Below are positions 63,021 to 64,000 of a stretch of DNA of 64,000 nt, one piece after another. The stretch spans positions 168,287 to 232,286 of the forward strand of contig CAVTRN010000002.1 in NCBI GenBank assembly GCA_963737155.1. The letters run 5' to 3'. Each line of letters starts with the position of its first letter. The stretch's first letter is position 1. The notes under the pieces are model-generated. The model had not been told where the DNA came from. It was given only the letters and a program-made list of their open reading frames with translations, and did not search any database. This stretch comes from Nitrospirota bacterium (GTDB lineage: Bacteria; Nitrospirota; UBA9217). Made by a program: the position numbers and the translations under genes.

Positions 63021-64000
63021 ACCGTTCCTAAAAACATAGTATTTTATTTCTCATAACTATGACGGCAGCCGAACAGTGCTGCTGCCGGTTAACGTCAGGG
63101 ATTCCCGCCCTGATTCGCCCAAGTCCCGTTGTTTGCTGATCGGGATTGCTTCTGGCGCCTTTTCAGCAAGACTGCTGCTGGCAGGTGGCCCGGAGAATTG
63201 CGCTGTCGACGGGATGATGGCTTCTTCTGCAATTCAGCGCAGCCTGGGGAGTCCTGTAAGGACCGTCGTTGGTAGAGACTGTGATGATTTCCACAACCTC
63301 CCCGAGTCTTCATCTTGCTCCAAAACTTCCAGATGTGCTCCTCTCGATTCCTTGCAGGTAGAGGGGAGGCGGTTCTGCTTGGTATGGGAGACTCGGAATA
63401 TCCTTGAACTCTTCTCGCGATCGCAAGCGCCGCTGCTTCATGCGGCGAGATGCCATGAAAAGACATATAATTGTTTCTGCCGATAACGGATGTGTAAGCA
63501 GGATTCACGGAGAGCACACCGGCGCCTGCCTTAAATGCTCTGCGGTCAAGCATGTTTAAAAAGGTGGAATAGGCGAACCCGGACAGCATCCGCGCATACG
63601 TTACTCCCTGTTCCTTAAGAGATGCTTTCTTCTTTTCGAAGTCAAGAGTTTCATGAGCGACGGGTTTCCCGGTTTTAATTGACCGGTCGATAATGCCGAC
63701 GCAGATATCACCGTAAGTTGCCTCGGTCTGTTCCGTGGTTCTGTCTTTTATACATGCAGCATACGTTGTGTGCCAGACAAGATTGACGAACCGGTCAGTC
63801 TCGGAAACAGCAATCTCTTTTTCGTTTGCATCTACGCCAATATATCCGATTTCTTGCGGTTTCCCGGTAATTGTTTCTCTTGGGGGGATATCAACCGATG
63901 AATACAGATACCAACCCTTCTCGCCACGGACAAACCGGTGGGTGATTGCCTGGCTGCGCAGGAGTGCCTGCTCAATATATTCCTGCCCGTAAGGATATGT
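63021..64000 (-). mobile_element. IS607-family element, copy 2 (right end plus tnpB-like 3' two-thirds; runs off the window)
   Basis: About 98% identical to 14746-15524 (about 15 substitutions). It then continues with sequence absent from copy 1. Confidence 0.8.
63095..64000 (-). CDS. tnpB: TnpB-like protein, atypical (partial; N-terminus beyond window)
   Basis: The frame is open from the window edge: ...GWYLYSSVDIPPRETITGKPQEIGYIGVDANEKEIAVSETDRFVNLVWHTTYAAC...VAHETLDF...LSVNPAYTSVIGRNNYMSFHGISPHEAAALAIARRVQGY... The track lists only 63095..63589 because no start codon lies inside the window. Confidence 0.75.
   Translation of the reverse strand, partial: TYPYGQEYIEQALLRSQAITHRFVRGEKGWYLYSSVDIPPRETITGKPQEIGYIGVDANEKEIAVSETDRFVNLVWHTTYAACIKDRTTEQTEATYGDICVGIIDRSIKTGKPVAHETLDFEKKKASLKEQGVTYARMLSGFAYSTFLNMLDRRAFKAGAGVLSVNPAYTSVIGRNNYMSFHGISPHEAAALAIARRVQGYSESPIPSRTASPLPARNREEHIWKFWSKMKTRGGCGNHHSLYQRRSLQDSPGCAELQKKPSSRRQRNSPGHLPAAVLLKRRQKQSRSANNGTWANQGGNP

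Overview
This window is an accessory, IS-riddled stretch of a bacterial chromosome. Gene content (two putative selenoproteins, anaerobe-style flavoproteins, many deltaproteobacteria-like hypotheticals) hints at an anaerobic Sec-using lineage; that is inference only. I support about 45 protein genes. They include two giant repeat-built surface lipoproteins (5189-8398 and 36903-39986), an arsR-phosphoesterase-acr3 arsenic operon, a serpin, two orphan response regulators and a large PAS/GAF/GGDEF cyclase. Others are orphan pstS, vapBC, cyanase, a transglutaminase-like protein, a Tat-exported FAH hydrolase, a secreted isochorismatase, a non-canonical ClC, a Met-rich periplasmic protein, a KimA-like APC permease and a PA-IL-like lectin. 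At least six IS elements or element copies are present: IS110/IS1111-like, two IS607-family copies, IS1182-family, a DUF6788+DDE element and an IS5/ISNCY-like element. There are also many IS, toxin-antitoxin and regulator fragments. No intact tRNA, rRNA or CRISPR array was recognised. Three tRNA 3' fragments (two tRNA-fMet-like, one tRNA-Leu-like) mark old integration or rearrangement scars. I see no canonical multi-gene defence system. The most unusual signals are four. (1) Two independent in-frame TGA codons fall exactly at redox-active Cys positions, in a DsbA-like CPHC protein fused in an operon to a cytochrome c peroxidase and in an OsmC-like protein; these are candidate selenoproteins. 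(2) An IS607-family element carries an atypical TnpB-like protein with no zinc ribbon and no RuvC-III Asp, plus a candidate structured 3' RNA supported by one compensatory base-pair change between the two copies. (3) An IS1111-type element has about 525 nt of 3' non-coding DNA, a candidate bridge/seek RNA. (4) A 20.6-kb mosaic segment is bracketed by inverted tRNA-fMet 3'-half remnants. All family calls come from reading motifs by eye; no searches were run.
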